DNA of 32,000 nt from assembly GCF_000020025.1 (NCBI RefSeq), contig NC_010628.1, positions 4,170,001 through 4,202,000 of the forward strand. Direction: 5' to 3'. The stretch's first letter is position 1. Each line of letters starts with the position of its first letter. Source of the stretch: Nostoc punctiforme PCC 73102. Lineage in GTDB: Bacteria > Cyanobacteriota > Cyanobacteriia > Cyanobacteriales > Nostocaceae. Positions 16,429 through 27,200 of the stretch are shown here, piece after piece. Under the pieces are notes generated by a model. The model was not told the origin of the DNA. It did no database searches and worked only from the letters and a program-made list of their open reading frames with translations. Both the position numbers and the translations under genes were made by a program.

Positions 16429-19400
16429 GTGGAACCCGTAGCAATTATTGGCATTGGCTGTCGTTTTCCTGGTGCTAACAACCCAGACGCTTTTTGGCAT
16501 CTTTTACGCAATGGGATTGATGCGATATCAGAAGTGCCTGTGGAACGATGGGACATTGAAAAATTTTACCATCCCCAGCCTGGGACACCAGGAAAAATGA
16601 ATACTCGTTACGGTGGATTTATTGAACAAGTAGATCGGTTTGATCCAGATTTGTTTGGTATTTCTCCTCGGGAAGCCAAGGCAATGGACCCCCAACAACG
16701 CCTGGTTTTAGAAGTTGCTTGGGAAGCCTTGGAAAATGCCGCGATTGTACCTGCTGAGATATCTGGCACCCAAACGGGGGTTGTCGTTGGCATCGGTAAC
16801 TATGACTACGGCATCTTGTCATCCAAAGACTTAGACCGAATCAGTGCCTATGATGGTACTGGCAATACTATTAGTATTGCTGCTACTCGCCTATCTTACC
16901 TATTGAACCTTAAAGGTCCGAGTTTTACTATTGAAACGGCTTGCTCGTCCTCCCTAGTTGCGCTGCACTTAGCCTGTCAAAGTTTGCGAAATCAAGAAAC
17001 CGATTTATTCGTAGTCGGAGCGGTGAGCTTGATGTTGTCTCCGCAACAGACTATTACCTACTCTAATGCTCACATGATGGCAGAAGATGGGCGTTGCAAA
17101 ACCTTTGATGCTAAAGCAGATGGTTACGTCCGTGGTGAAGGATGTGGGGTTATATTGCTCAAGCGTCTGGCGGATGCGATGAGGGATGGAGATAATATTC
17201 AGGCAATTATCAGAGGTTCAGCAGTTAACCAAGATGGACTGAGCAATGGGATGACAGCACCTAACAGCGTTGCTCAACAAGCTGTAATTCGCCAAGCGCT
17301 GCAAAATGCTAGTGTTGAACCTGCCCAAATTAGCTATATTGAGGCTCATGGCACTGGCACATCACTGGGAGATCCCATTGAAATCAGGGCTTTAAAAACC
17401 GTTCTCATGCAAGGCCGCAGTTCTGAGCAACCATGCTGGATTGGTTCAGTGAAAACCAATATTGGCCATTTGGAAGCTGCCGCGGGAATGGCTGGGTTAC
17501 TGAAAGTAGTTTTGGCGCTGAAGCATCAACAAATTCCGCCTCATTTAAATCTTCAAGAGCTAAACCCCTTAATTTCCTTTGACGACATTCCCTTTGCTAT
17601 TCCTTGCGAACTGCAACCTTGGCAGGTAAATACTGAGCCTCGCTTTGCAGGTATCAGTTCCTTTGGTTTTGGCGGTACTAATGCCCATGTCATTTTAGAA
17701 GAAGGCAGAGGACAGCAACGAGGAAATCAGAGCCAGAGAATAGATATCCTGGAACGTCCTCTACATTTACTCACTATCTCTGCAAAAACTCCTCCGGCTT
17801 TGTCTGAATTAGCACAACGTTATGCGAACTTTTTGGATGAAAATCCAGAATTAGCTTTGGCAGATATTTGCTACACAGCTAATAGAAAGCGATCGCATTT
17901 TGAACACCGTTTGGCAGTTGTAGCAGATTCTACTTCTGAGTTAAGGCAGCAACTACAACTTTTCACTGCTAGAACAGAAACAACTACAATAGTCACAGGT
18001 CAGGTACAAGGCAACAAGCGCCGCAAAATCGCCTTTTTATTTACAGGACAAGGGTCACAGTACACCGGGATGGGGCAAAAACTGTACCAAACTCAAGCTA
18101 AATTCCGGCAAATCATCGAGCAATGCGACCAAATTCTGCAACCATATCTAGACAAACCATTACTAGAAGTTTTATATCCTCAACCAGAGACAAACAGCCC
18201 CATCGACAACACCGCCTATACCCAAGTTGCTCTATTTGCCCTAGAATACGCCCTCTACCAACTGTGGCAATCCTGGGGGATTAAACCAGATGTAGTCATG
18301 GGGCATAGCGTCGGAGAATACGTCGCCGCCTGCGTCGCTGGGGTATTTAGCCTCGAAGACGGGTTGAAATTGATTGCCGCCCGTGGGAGATTAATGCAAG
18401 CCCTACCGGAAAACGGGGCGATGGTAGCAGTCATGGCCACAGCAGAGCAACTACAGCCACTGCTAGCAGCATACAAAGAAAAAGTCGCCATCGCCGCCGT
18501 CAACGGACCCCAGAGTCTGGTAATCTCTGGAGAGAAATCAGCCATCAGTGCCATCACCAGCCAACTAGAAACCGCAGGGATCAAAACCAAACAACTACAA
18601 GTATCCCACGCCTTCCACTCCCCCTTGATGCAGCCGATGTTGGCAGATTTTCTGCAAGTCGCCAATGAAATTAAGTTTGCTCCACCGCAGATGAAGCTGA
18701 TTTCTAATGTCACTGGACAACTAGCCACAATAGAAATCGCCACAGCCGAATATTGGTGTCGTCATATTCTTAATCCTGTAGAATTTGCCGCAAGTATGGC
18801 GACACTACAACAGCAGAAAGTGGCAATATGTGTAGAAATCGGTCCCAAACCGATATTGTTGGGTATGGGTCGTCAGTGCAACCCCACAGTTGAGGGATTG
18901 TGGTTGCCCAGTCTGCGCTCGGGACAAGATGATTGGCAGGTGATGTTATTATCCTTGGCACAGTTGCATTGTCATGGTGTGGCTGTGGATTGGCTCTTGT
19001 TTGATGCTGATTATTCCCGTGTGCGTTTGTATTTGCCTACTTATCCTTTCCAACGTCAGCGTTTTTGGATAGAGAGTAAAACTGACCAAAAAACCGATCG
19101 CTTAGTTCACAGCTCGATTGTAAAGCTACTACATCAAGGAAATATAGAACAATTAACCCAGCAGTTAGCCAGTCAACTATCAGCAGATGAGCAGACATAT
19201 TTGCCAAAACTGCTGGAAGTGCTGGTGAAGCAACACCAGATGGAAATCAATTCCCCAGCCATTCTCGATTGGTTTTATCAGATCGAATGGCAACCCCAAC
19301 CCCGCCGCCAGCCAGAGACACAAAAAAATGGAGCGCCTAAAAAAGTTGGTAGTTGGCTAATATTAGGCGATCGCACTGGTTTGGGACAAGCCATAGCCCA

Positions 19401-21183
19401 ATTACTGCAAAACCAAGGTCATAGTTGTGTCCTTGTCTACCTTGGTGATGACTATCAGCAGCAAGGAACTGCCACTTGGTCGATGAACCCAGCTAGACGG
19501 GAAGATTTTCAGCGTTTATTGCGAGAAGCTCTGCCATCTGGTGAATTAGCTTGGTGTGGAGTCATACATCTGTGGAGTTTAGAAACAACCCAAACAAAAG
19601 ATTTGTCCCTTGTTGAGTTAGTACAAGCGCAAACCTGGGGATGTATCAGTGTATTACATCTGCTCCAGGCGATCGCGGAAAATCCACAACCCATAAATCC
19701 CACTTTCTGGTTAGTGACGCGGGGGGCAATCTCTGTCAATTCCTCACTGCCAGCCGTACAGCAATCACCTGTGTGGGGGCTAGGTAAAGTAGTAGCACTG
19801 GAACACCCAGAGTTATGGGGAGGGATGGTAGATTTAGACCCCCAACCCACAGCCGATGAAGCTTTCACACTATTGACAGAAATTAGCGATGCTCAAAAAG
19901 AAGACCATTTAGCTTTTCGTTCTGGACAGCGTTATGTAGCACGGTTAGTACCGATGCAGCCAACAGCATCATCAAAGAAGGATTTCAACAGCAATGGCAC
20001 TTATCTAATTACTGGTGGGCTTGGTGCATTGGGACTCCAACTAGCCCAGTGGCTTGTTACCCAAGGCGTAAAATCCTTAGTGTTGCTAGGACGCAGCGAT
20101 GCTTCACCAGAGGCACAGGCAACTATTACCAGGATGCAGGCATCTGGGATCGAGATTTTGGTAGCACAAGCAGATGTATGCAATAGAGCAGATATGTTGC
20201 AGGTGCTAGAAACAGTGGCAGCATCAATGCCACCCCTGAAAGGTGCGATCCATGCAGCGGGTGCAGTTGGCTATGATACCATCACCGCAATGGATTTGAC
20301 TACCTGGGAATCTATTCTGCGTCCAAAAGTACTGGGAGGATGGATTCTGCACGAACTCACCCAGGATATGCAATTAGACTTGTTTGTCAGTTTTTCCTCC
20401 ATCGCCTCTGTGTGGGGATCAAAAGGACAAGCCCATTACGCAGCCGCCAACCATTTCCTCGATACCTTAGCAAATTACCGACGCAGCAGAGGATTACCTG
20501 GATTAAGTATCAATTGGGGACCTTGGGCAGAAGTAGGCATGGCTGTAGGAGAAGCCCAACAGTTTTTAGCCCGGATGGGAGTCGAGGCTTTGCCACCACA
20601 GCTAGCACTGGCTGCTTTGGGGTTGACTTTGAGAGGAGATGCCGCCCAAGTGACGATCGCTAATATTGATTGGACTGTGTTTAAAGGTATTTATGAAGCC
20701 AGAGGGCAACGCCTGCTATTGGAGAAGTTAGAAACACACATACAGGAAAACACAGAAAAAGCTCTAGATGAAAAGTCAGAAATATTACAAAATTTAACAG
20801 CAGCAACAGCAACTGAACGCCAACCGATTTTAATTGCTTACCTGCAAGCAGAAATCTCTAAAGTGTTAGGAGCGGCTCAACTAGCAGATACACACCGGGG
20901 TTTCTTTGAGATGGGTATAGATTCTTTAATGGCCGTAGATTTAAAAAACCGCCTAGAAACCAATCTCAACTGTTCTTTACCTGGAACTCTGCTGTTTGAA
21001 GTACCCAACATTCAAGACTTAGCAACATATCTGGGTAAGGAAGTCTTACATTGGCAAGACGAACCACAGGAAGTAGCAACCGAGCCGAATACAGATTTAT
21101 TAAAAATTACACAACTATCTCAGGAGGAGGTGGAAGCGTCAATTGCTGATAAATTGGCAGAACTAGAAAGCTTAATTGGGTAA
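16429..21183 (+). CDS. Type I PKS module 1: KS-AT-KR-ACP
   Basis: GTG start with GAGG 8 nt upstream. The KS begins at residue 2, so there is no N-terminal docking helix. KS about 16429-17703: Cys 16942-16944, His 17347-17349 in EAHGTGT, His 17467-17469. AT about 18025-18900: GHSVG Ser 18307-18309, and the malonyl-type HAFH at 18607-18618. Post-AT linker runs to 19074. A dimerization-element-like helix (LHQGNIEQLTQQLA) precedes the KR, about 19100-20700: TGGLGALG 20011-20034, Tyr 20437-20439. ACP Ser is at 20923-20925 (GIDS). The C-terminal tail LSQEEVEASIADKLAELESLIG looks like a docking element. Confidence 0.95.
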   Translation: MEPVAIIGIGCRFPGANNPDAFWHLLRNGIDAISEVPVERWDIEKFYHPQPGTPGKMNTRYGGFIEQVDRFDPDLFGISPREAKAMDPQQRLVLEVAWEALENAAIVPAEISGTQTGVVVGIGNYDYGILSSKDLDRISAYDGTGNTISIAATRLSYLLNLKGPSFTIETACSSSLVALHLACQSLRNQETDLFVVGAVSLMLSPQQTITYSNAHMMAEDGRCKTFDAKADGYVRGEGCGVILLKRLADAMRDGDNIQAIIRGSAVNQDGLSNGMTAPNSVAQQAVIRQALQNASVEPAQISYIEAHGTGTSLGDPIEIRALKTVLMQGRSSEQPCWIGSVKTNIGHLEAAAGMAGLLKVVLALKHQQIPPHLNLQELNPLISFDDIPFAIPCELQPWQVNTEPRFAGISSFGFGGTNAHVILEEGRGQQRGNQSQRIDILERPLHLLTISAKTPPALSELAQRYANFLDENPELALADICYTANRKRSHFEHRLAVVADSTSELRQQLQLFTARTETTTIVTGQVQGNKRRKIAFLFTGQGSQYTGMGQKLYQTQAKFRQIIEQCDQILQPYLDKPLLEVLYPQPETNSPIDNTAYTQVALFALEYALYQLWQSWGIKPDVVMGHSVGEYVAACVAGVFSLEDGLKLIAARGRLMQALPENGAMVAVMATAEQLQPLLAAYKEKVAIAAVNGPQSLVISGEKSAISAITSQLETAGIKTKQLQVSHAFHSPLMQPMLADFLQVANEIKFAPPQMKLISNVTGQLATIEIATAEYWCRHILNPVEFAASMATLQQQKVAICVEIGPKPILLGMGRQCNPTVEGLWLPSLRSGQDDWQVMLLSLAQLHCHGVAVDWLLFDADYSRVRLYLPTYPFQRQRFWIESKTDQKTDRLVHSSIVKLLHQGNIEQLTQQLASQLSADEQTYLPKLLEVLVKQHQMEINSPAILDWFYQIEWQPQPRRQPETQKNGAPKKVGSWLILGDRTGLGQAIAQLLQNQGHSCVLVYLGDDYQQQGTATWSMNPARREDFQRLLREALPSGELAWCGVIHLWSLETTQTKDLSLVELVQAQTWGCISVLHLLQAIAENPQPINPTFWLVTRGAISVNSSLPAVQQSPVWGLGKVVALEHPELWGGMVDLDPQPTADEAFTLLTEISDAQKEDHLAFRSGQRYVARLVPMQPTASSKKDFNSNGTYLITGGLGALGLQLAQWLVTQGVKSLVLLGRSDASPEAQATITRMQASGIEILVAQADVCNRADMLQVLETVAASMPPLKGAIHAAGAVGYDTITAMDLTTWESILRPKVLGGWILHELTQDMQLDLFVSFSSIASVWGSKGQAHYAAANHFLDTLANYRRSRGLPGLSINWGPWAEVGMAVGEAQQFLARMGVEALPPQLALAALGLTLRGDAAQVTIANIDWTVFKGIYEARGQRLLLEKLETHIQENTEKALDEKSEILQNLTAATATERQPILIAYLQAEISKVLGAAQLADTHRGFFEMGIDSLMAVDLKNRLETNLNCSLPGTLLFEVPNIQDLATYLGKEVLHWQDEPQEVATEPNTDLLKITQLSQEEVEASIADKLAELESLIG
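18025..19074 (+). repeat. AT-domain repeat copy 1, near-identical to 22923-23972
   Basis: It is collinear with copy 2 at a constant offset of 4898 nt with no indels. Identity is roughly 95% by eye over 1050 bp. The flanking KS and KR sequences of the two genes are far more diverged. Confidence 0.9.
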
Positions 21184-21200
21184 AGGGCAGTATATATAAA

Positions 21201-24200
21201 ATGAATAATATATCAAAAAAAGTAGATAAAGATAAATTAGAGCAACTGAATTCATCACAACGCATCCTTTTAGCTTTAGATGAGGCTGTCAAAAAATTAA
21301 AAGATGTCGAGCGTGCTAAAACGGAAGCGATCGCTATTGTGGGTTTGAGCTGTCGTTTTCCTGGTGGTGTCACAAATCCAGAAGAATTCTGGCAACTGCT
21401 GATCGATGGTGTGGATGCAATTACAGAAATTCCTAGCCAAAGGTGGCATCTAGAAGATTACTATCACCCCAATCCAGATACGCCAGGAAAAATGTATTCC
21501 CGCTACGGGGGATTTTTGCAGCAGGTAGACCAATTCGACGCTCAATTTTTTGGTATTTCCCCACGAGAAGCCATCAAGTTAGACCCGCAGCAACGCTTAT
21601 TGTTAGAGGTAACTTGGGAAGCCTTAGAAAATGCTGGGATAATTCCTCAAGAACAAGTAAATGGGCAAACAGGCGTGTTTATTGGCATTACGACCAACGA
21701 CTACGCCAGACTCATTACTCCCGGTGGTGACTTGAGCCAAATCGATCCCTATTATCTCACTGGTAATCCCTTGAATGCCGTAGCGGGTCGCTTGTCTTAT
21801 ACTCTGGGATTGCATGGCCCTTGTATGGCTGTAGATACAGCTTGCTCATCCTCCTTAGTAGCCGTGCATCTAGCTTGTCAAAGCTTACGGAACCAAGAGT
21901 GCGATCGCGCTTTAGCTGGTGGCGTCAACTTAATTTTATCTCCAGAAAATAATATCGGCTTGTCAAAAGCCAAAGTCTTGTCTGCTGATGGACGGTGCAA
22001 AACCTTTGACAGCGAAGCTGATGGTATTACCAGGGGAGAGGGTTGTGGCGTTTTGGTACTCAAACGCCTCTCAGATGCGGTGGCTGATGGCGATCGCATC
22101 TTAGCCTTGATTCGTGGTTCCGCAGTCAATCAAGATGGTGCTAGTAGTGGGTTTACTGTACCTAACCGCAACGCCCAAGAAAACTTGATTCGCCAGACTT
22201 TAACCAGGGCTAATGTCAAACCAGAAGAGGTAGATTATGTAGAAGCTCACGGCACTGGTACTTCCCTCGGCGATCCCATTGAAGTCAGAGCTTTAGCTGC
22301 TGTTTTAGGTGCTGGACGCACAGCAGAAAATCCTCTGAAAATTGGGGCGGTGAAAACAAATATTGGGCATTTAGAATCAGCCGCAGGTATTGCCGGGATG
22401 ATTAAAGTCATACTCTCCCTACAACATCAGCAAATTCCGCCCCATTTGCATTTAAAGCAACTTAACACCCACATTAACTGGGACGAATTACCTGTATCAG
22501 TAACCACGCAAGCTACACCCTGGCCAGTGGGAAATAAACAACGCCTTGCTGGAGTCAGTTCCTTTGGCGCGAGTGGTACTAATGCTCACGTAATTTTAGC
22601 AGAAGCACCAACTAATAATTCTCTATCCAAACCGCAAAATGCCAAATTTATTGAGCGCCCTCAACATTTGCTGAATCTCTCAGCAAAAACTGAGAAGGCT
22701 TTGCGGGAATTGGTGCAACGTTATATTAATTATTTACAGTCCAATCCCGAAAAATCTTTAGCAGATATTTGCTTTACTGCTAATACTGGGCGATCGCATT
22801 GGAAATATCGTCTGAGCATCTTGGCTGACTCTACAATGTCAGCATTGGCGCAGTTAACTACCTGGGCATTGGGTCAGGATCTTCCGGGAGTAGTTTTGGG
22901 CGAGGCAGAGTCAACTAGTAAAAAAATCGCCTTCCTATTTACAGGTCAAGGGTCACAGTACGCCGGGATGGGACAAAAACTGTACCAAACCCAAGCCAAA
23001 TTCCGGCAAATCATCGACCAATGTGACCAAATTCTGCAACCATATTTAGACAAACCATTACTAGAAGTTTTATATCCGCAACCAGACACAAACAGCCCCA
23101 TAGACAACACCGCCTATACCCAAGTTGCTCTATTTGCCCTAGAATACGCTCTCTACCAACTTTGGCAATCCTGGGGGATCAAACCAGATGTAGTCATGGG
23201 GCATAGCGTCGGAGAATACGTCGCCGCCTGCGTGGCTGGGGTATTTAGCCTCCAAGACGGGTTGAAATTGATTGCCGCCCGTGGTCAATTAATGCAAGCC
23301 CTACCAGAAAACGGGGCAATGGTAGCAGTGATGACCACAGCAGAGCAACTACAGCCACTGCTAGCAGCATACAAAGAGAAAGTCGCCATTGCCGCCGTCA
23401 ACGCTCCCCAGAGTCTGGTAATCTCTGGAGAGAAATCAGCCATCAGTGCCATCACCAGCCAACTAGAAACCGCAGGGATCAAAACCAAACCACTGCAAGT
23501 ATCCCACGCCTTCCACTCTCCCTTGATGCAGCCGATGTTGGCAGATTTTCTGCAAGTCGCCAGCCAAATTAAGTTTTCCCCACCGCAGCTCAAGCTGATT
23601 TCTAATGTCACAGGAGAACTAGCCACAACAGAAATCGCCACAGCCGAATATTGGTGTCGTCATATTCTTAATCCTGTAGAATTTGCCGCAAGTATGGTGA
23701 CACTACAACAGCAGAAAGTGGCAATATGTGTAGAAATTGGTCCCAAACCGATATTGTTGGGTATGGGTCGTCAGTGCAACCCCACAGTTGAGGGATTGTG
23801 GTTGCCTTCTTTGCGATCAAGACAAGATGATTGGCAGGTGATGTTATTATCCTTGGCACAGTTACATTGTCATGGTGTGGCTGTGGATTGGCTGTTGTTT
23901 GATGCTGATTATTCCCGTGTCCGTTTGCATTTGCCTACTTATCCTTTCCAACGTCAGCGTTTTTGGATAGAGACGGTTGATGGGCAGCGAGATCAACCTG
24001 CGCTGATATCCAGAAATGGCAAAGGTAGAAAAATTATCCATCCTCTGTTGGGACAACGTTTGCCCCTCGCAACTAGCCAATCAATTCATTTTGAGTCTCA
24101 AATTAGTGCTGCGTCACCGACTTTTCTCCAAGACCATTGCATCTATGATGCGACTATCTTACCTGCCACTGCTTACATAGAAATGGCTTTGTCCGCAGGG

Positions 24201-27200
24201 GCAATTGTCTTCAAAACAGATCGCGTGCAGTTAGAAGCAGTATCCATCCAGCAAGCTTTGGTATTTTCTGGAGACGAACCGAAAACTCTGCAAGTGGTGC
24301 TGACTCCCGAAAACACCAGAGTATATTCTTGGCAGGTGTTGAGCTACTTAGAGGATGAGAGTAATGTCGATAACTGGACACTCCATGCATCTGGCAAGGT
24401 AGGGCTAGGCAATGCAGAAACTCATTCTGCCGCAGTGGATCTAGCTGGTTTGCTGAGTGAGGATTCTACAGAGATATCTGTCAAAGAATATTACCAAAGT
24501 TTACACGATCGCGGGTTTGATTATGGCGAGCAATTTCAAGCGATCGCCCGCCTCTGGCAAGGAGAAACCCAAGCCGTGGGGTCAGTTCGCCTACCCTTAC
24601 CCCTGACAGCAGATGCTAGTAAATACTTGCTACATCCAGTATTATTAGATGCTTGCTTTCAAATATTAGGTACAAACTTTCCCGATAACGGGCAGCAAGA
24701 TGTCTACTTACCTGTAGGCGTGGAACAATTGCAAGTCTACCAACGTGCGGGTAATTCTCTGTGGAGTCGGGTAGAAAAGATAGAATTTCAAGATGTTAAG
24801 CAACAGCATCTGCAAGCTGATTTGTCTTTGGTGAATGATGCTGGTGAGCTAGTCGCTAAAATCACAGGCTTATCTTTTCGTCGCATCACCCAGAAAGCCT
24901 TTCAACGCATCTTGGCAAAAGTATTACCAGCACCACAAACTACAGACAACTGGTTGTATCAAATTGCTTGGCAAAGACAAAACTTGGAGCCAGCATCTAG
25001 TAACAAACAGCCTAGCAGCTGGCTGATATTTGCTGACCAAGGTGGTTTGGGGCAGAAACTAGCCCAGTTGTTGACAGCAGCAGGCGATCGCTGCATCATG
25101 GTTTCTGCGGGAGCAGTTTACCAGCAGTTACAAGCCGATCGCTATCAAATTAATCTGGCTCATCCTGAAGATTTTGGCCGCCTCATCCAAGACAACCCTT
25201 GTCAGGGAATTGTTCATTTATGGAGTTGCGATGCCACCACCGAGCCACAACTTACTAGTTGTGGCAGTGTGTTGTTTTTACTACAGGCAATTTACAATGC
25301 CAAATTGCCAGCATTGCCCAGTCTATACTTAGTCACTAAAGGTACACAAACAGTAGGAGGACAACTAACTCCACTACAAGTCCAGTCAGCAACCTTGTGG
25401 GGATTGGGACGGGTGATTGCCTTAGAACACCCAGAATTGCACTGCGTCCGCCTGGACATAAATCCTGATGCTCCAGAAGATCATATCCCATCCGTTGCCC
25501 AGGAATTGTTAGTGCCAAGCCGAGAAGACCAGATTGCTTACCGCCAAGGACTACGTTACGTCGCTAGGTTGGTACGGTCTGACGTTGCTAGGGAAGCAGA
25601 TGTCAACAGTCAGGCTTTCCAACTGCAAATTTCTGAGTACGGAGTTTTTGAGAACTTGACCTTGGCAGCGATGCAACGCCGTCAACCAGGGCCAGGAGAA
25701 GTAGAAATTGCTGTCCGGGCTGTGGGTTTGAACTTCCGCGATGTCCTGAATGCTTTGGGTATGCTTAGGGAATATACTGAGCAAATGGGGATTACGGATG
25801 CTAAAGAACTACCCTTTGGTGGCGAATGTTCTGGTATAGTCGTGGCGGTTGGCGAGAATGTCTCGCACCTACAAGTGGGTGATGCCGTGATTGCGGCTCA
25901 GACCATAGGCAGCTTTGCTAGCTTTGTGATTGTCAGGTCAGAATTTGTAGTCCGCAAACCGGAAAACCTGACTTTTGAGGAAGCAGCGACAATTCCCACT
26001 GCATTCTTAACTGCGTACTACGGTTTATACCAGCAAGCCCAGCTCAAATCTGGAGAGCGAATATTAATTCATGCAGCCGCTGGGGGTGTAGGACAAGCGG
26101 CTGTGCAGTTAGCCCAACGGGTGGGAGCAGAAGTACTAGCCACAGCTAGCCCTAGGAAGTGGGAGCATCTGCGAGCTACAGGGGTGAAACAGGTGATGAA
26201 CTCCCGCAGCTTAGAGTTTGCTGACCAAATCCGAGAAATCACCTCTGGACAAGGAATTGATGTGGTACTCAATAGCCTGAATGGGGAGTATATTCCTAAG
26301 AGTCTGGAAGTGTTGAGCGATCGCGGTCGGTTTATTGAAATTGGTAAAATTGGTATCTGGGATGCCGAGCAAGTCAAAGATAGCAGACCGGATGTCGGCT
26401 ATATCCCCTTTGATTTGTTAGATATCTCCCTAGAAAATCCCAGTTTAATTGGGGAAATGTTAGGGGAACTAATGGCAGAATTTCAACAGGGTTCCCTCAA
26501 ACCCCTGCCAGTAAGTGTCTTCTCAATTCAGGATGTCGCCAATGCTTTCCGGTATATGGCACAATCCAAACACATTGGTAAGGTAGTAGTCAGCATCCCC
26601 CAACGTCAGATGCCCAAGGAAACAACGATTCAGGCTGATAGCAGCTACCTGATTACTGGCGGCTTGGGGGCGTTGGGTTTACAAGTAGCTCAATGGTTGG
26701 TTGAGCAAGGCGCACAAAACCTCGTGTTGATGGGAAGACGTGGCGTATCCCCAGAGAACCAACCAGCAATTGAGCAGTTAGAACAAGCGGGAGCGCGGGT
26801 GTTAGTTGTCACCGCAGATGTGTCTCAGCAAGAAGACGTGAGCCAGATGTTAGCCACCTTGAACGCATCCATGCCTCCCTTGCGTGGCATCATCCATGCG
26901 GCTGGCTTGTTGGCAGATGGGATGTTACTTAGACAGACTTGGGAAAATTTTGAACTGGTTATGGCTCCGAAGGTTGCAGGTGCGTGGAATTTGCATACTT
27001 TAACCAAGGAACTAGACCTAGATTTCTTTGTTTGTTTCTCCTCCGTATCGGCTTTATTGGGTTCCCCTGGACAAGGTAACTATGCAGCAGCTAATGCCTT
27101 TATGGATGCACTAGCGCATCATCGTCAAGCATTAGGGTTGCCAGGGTCAAGTATCAACTGGGGACCTTGGGCAGATGCAGGTATGGCAGCTGCTTTAAGT

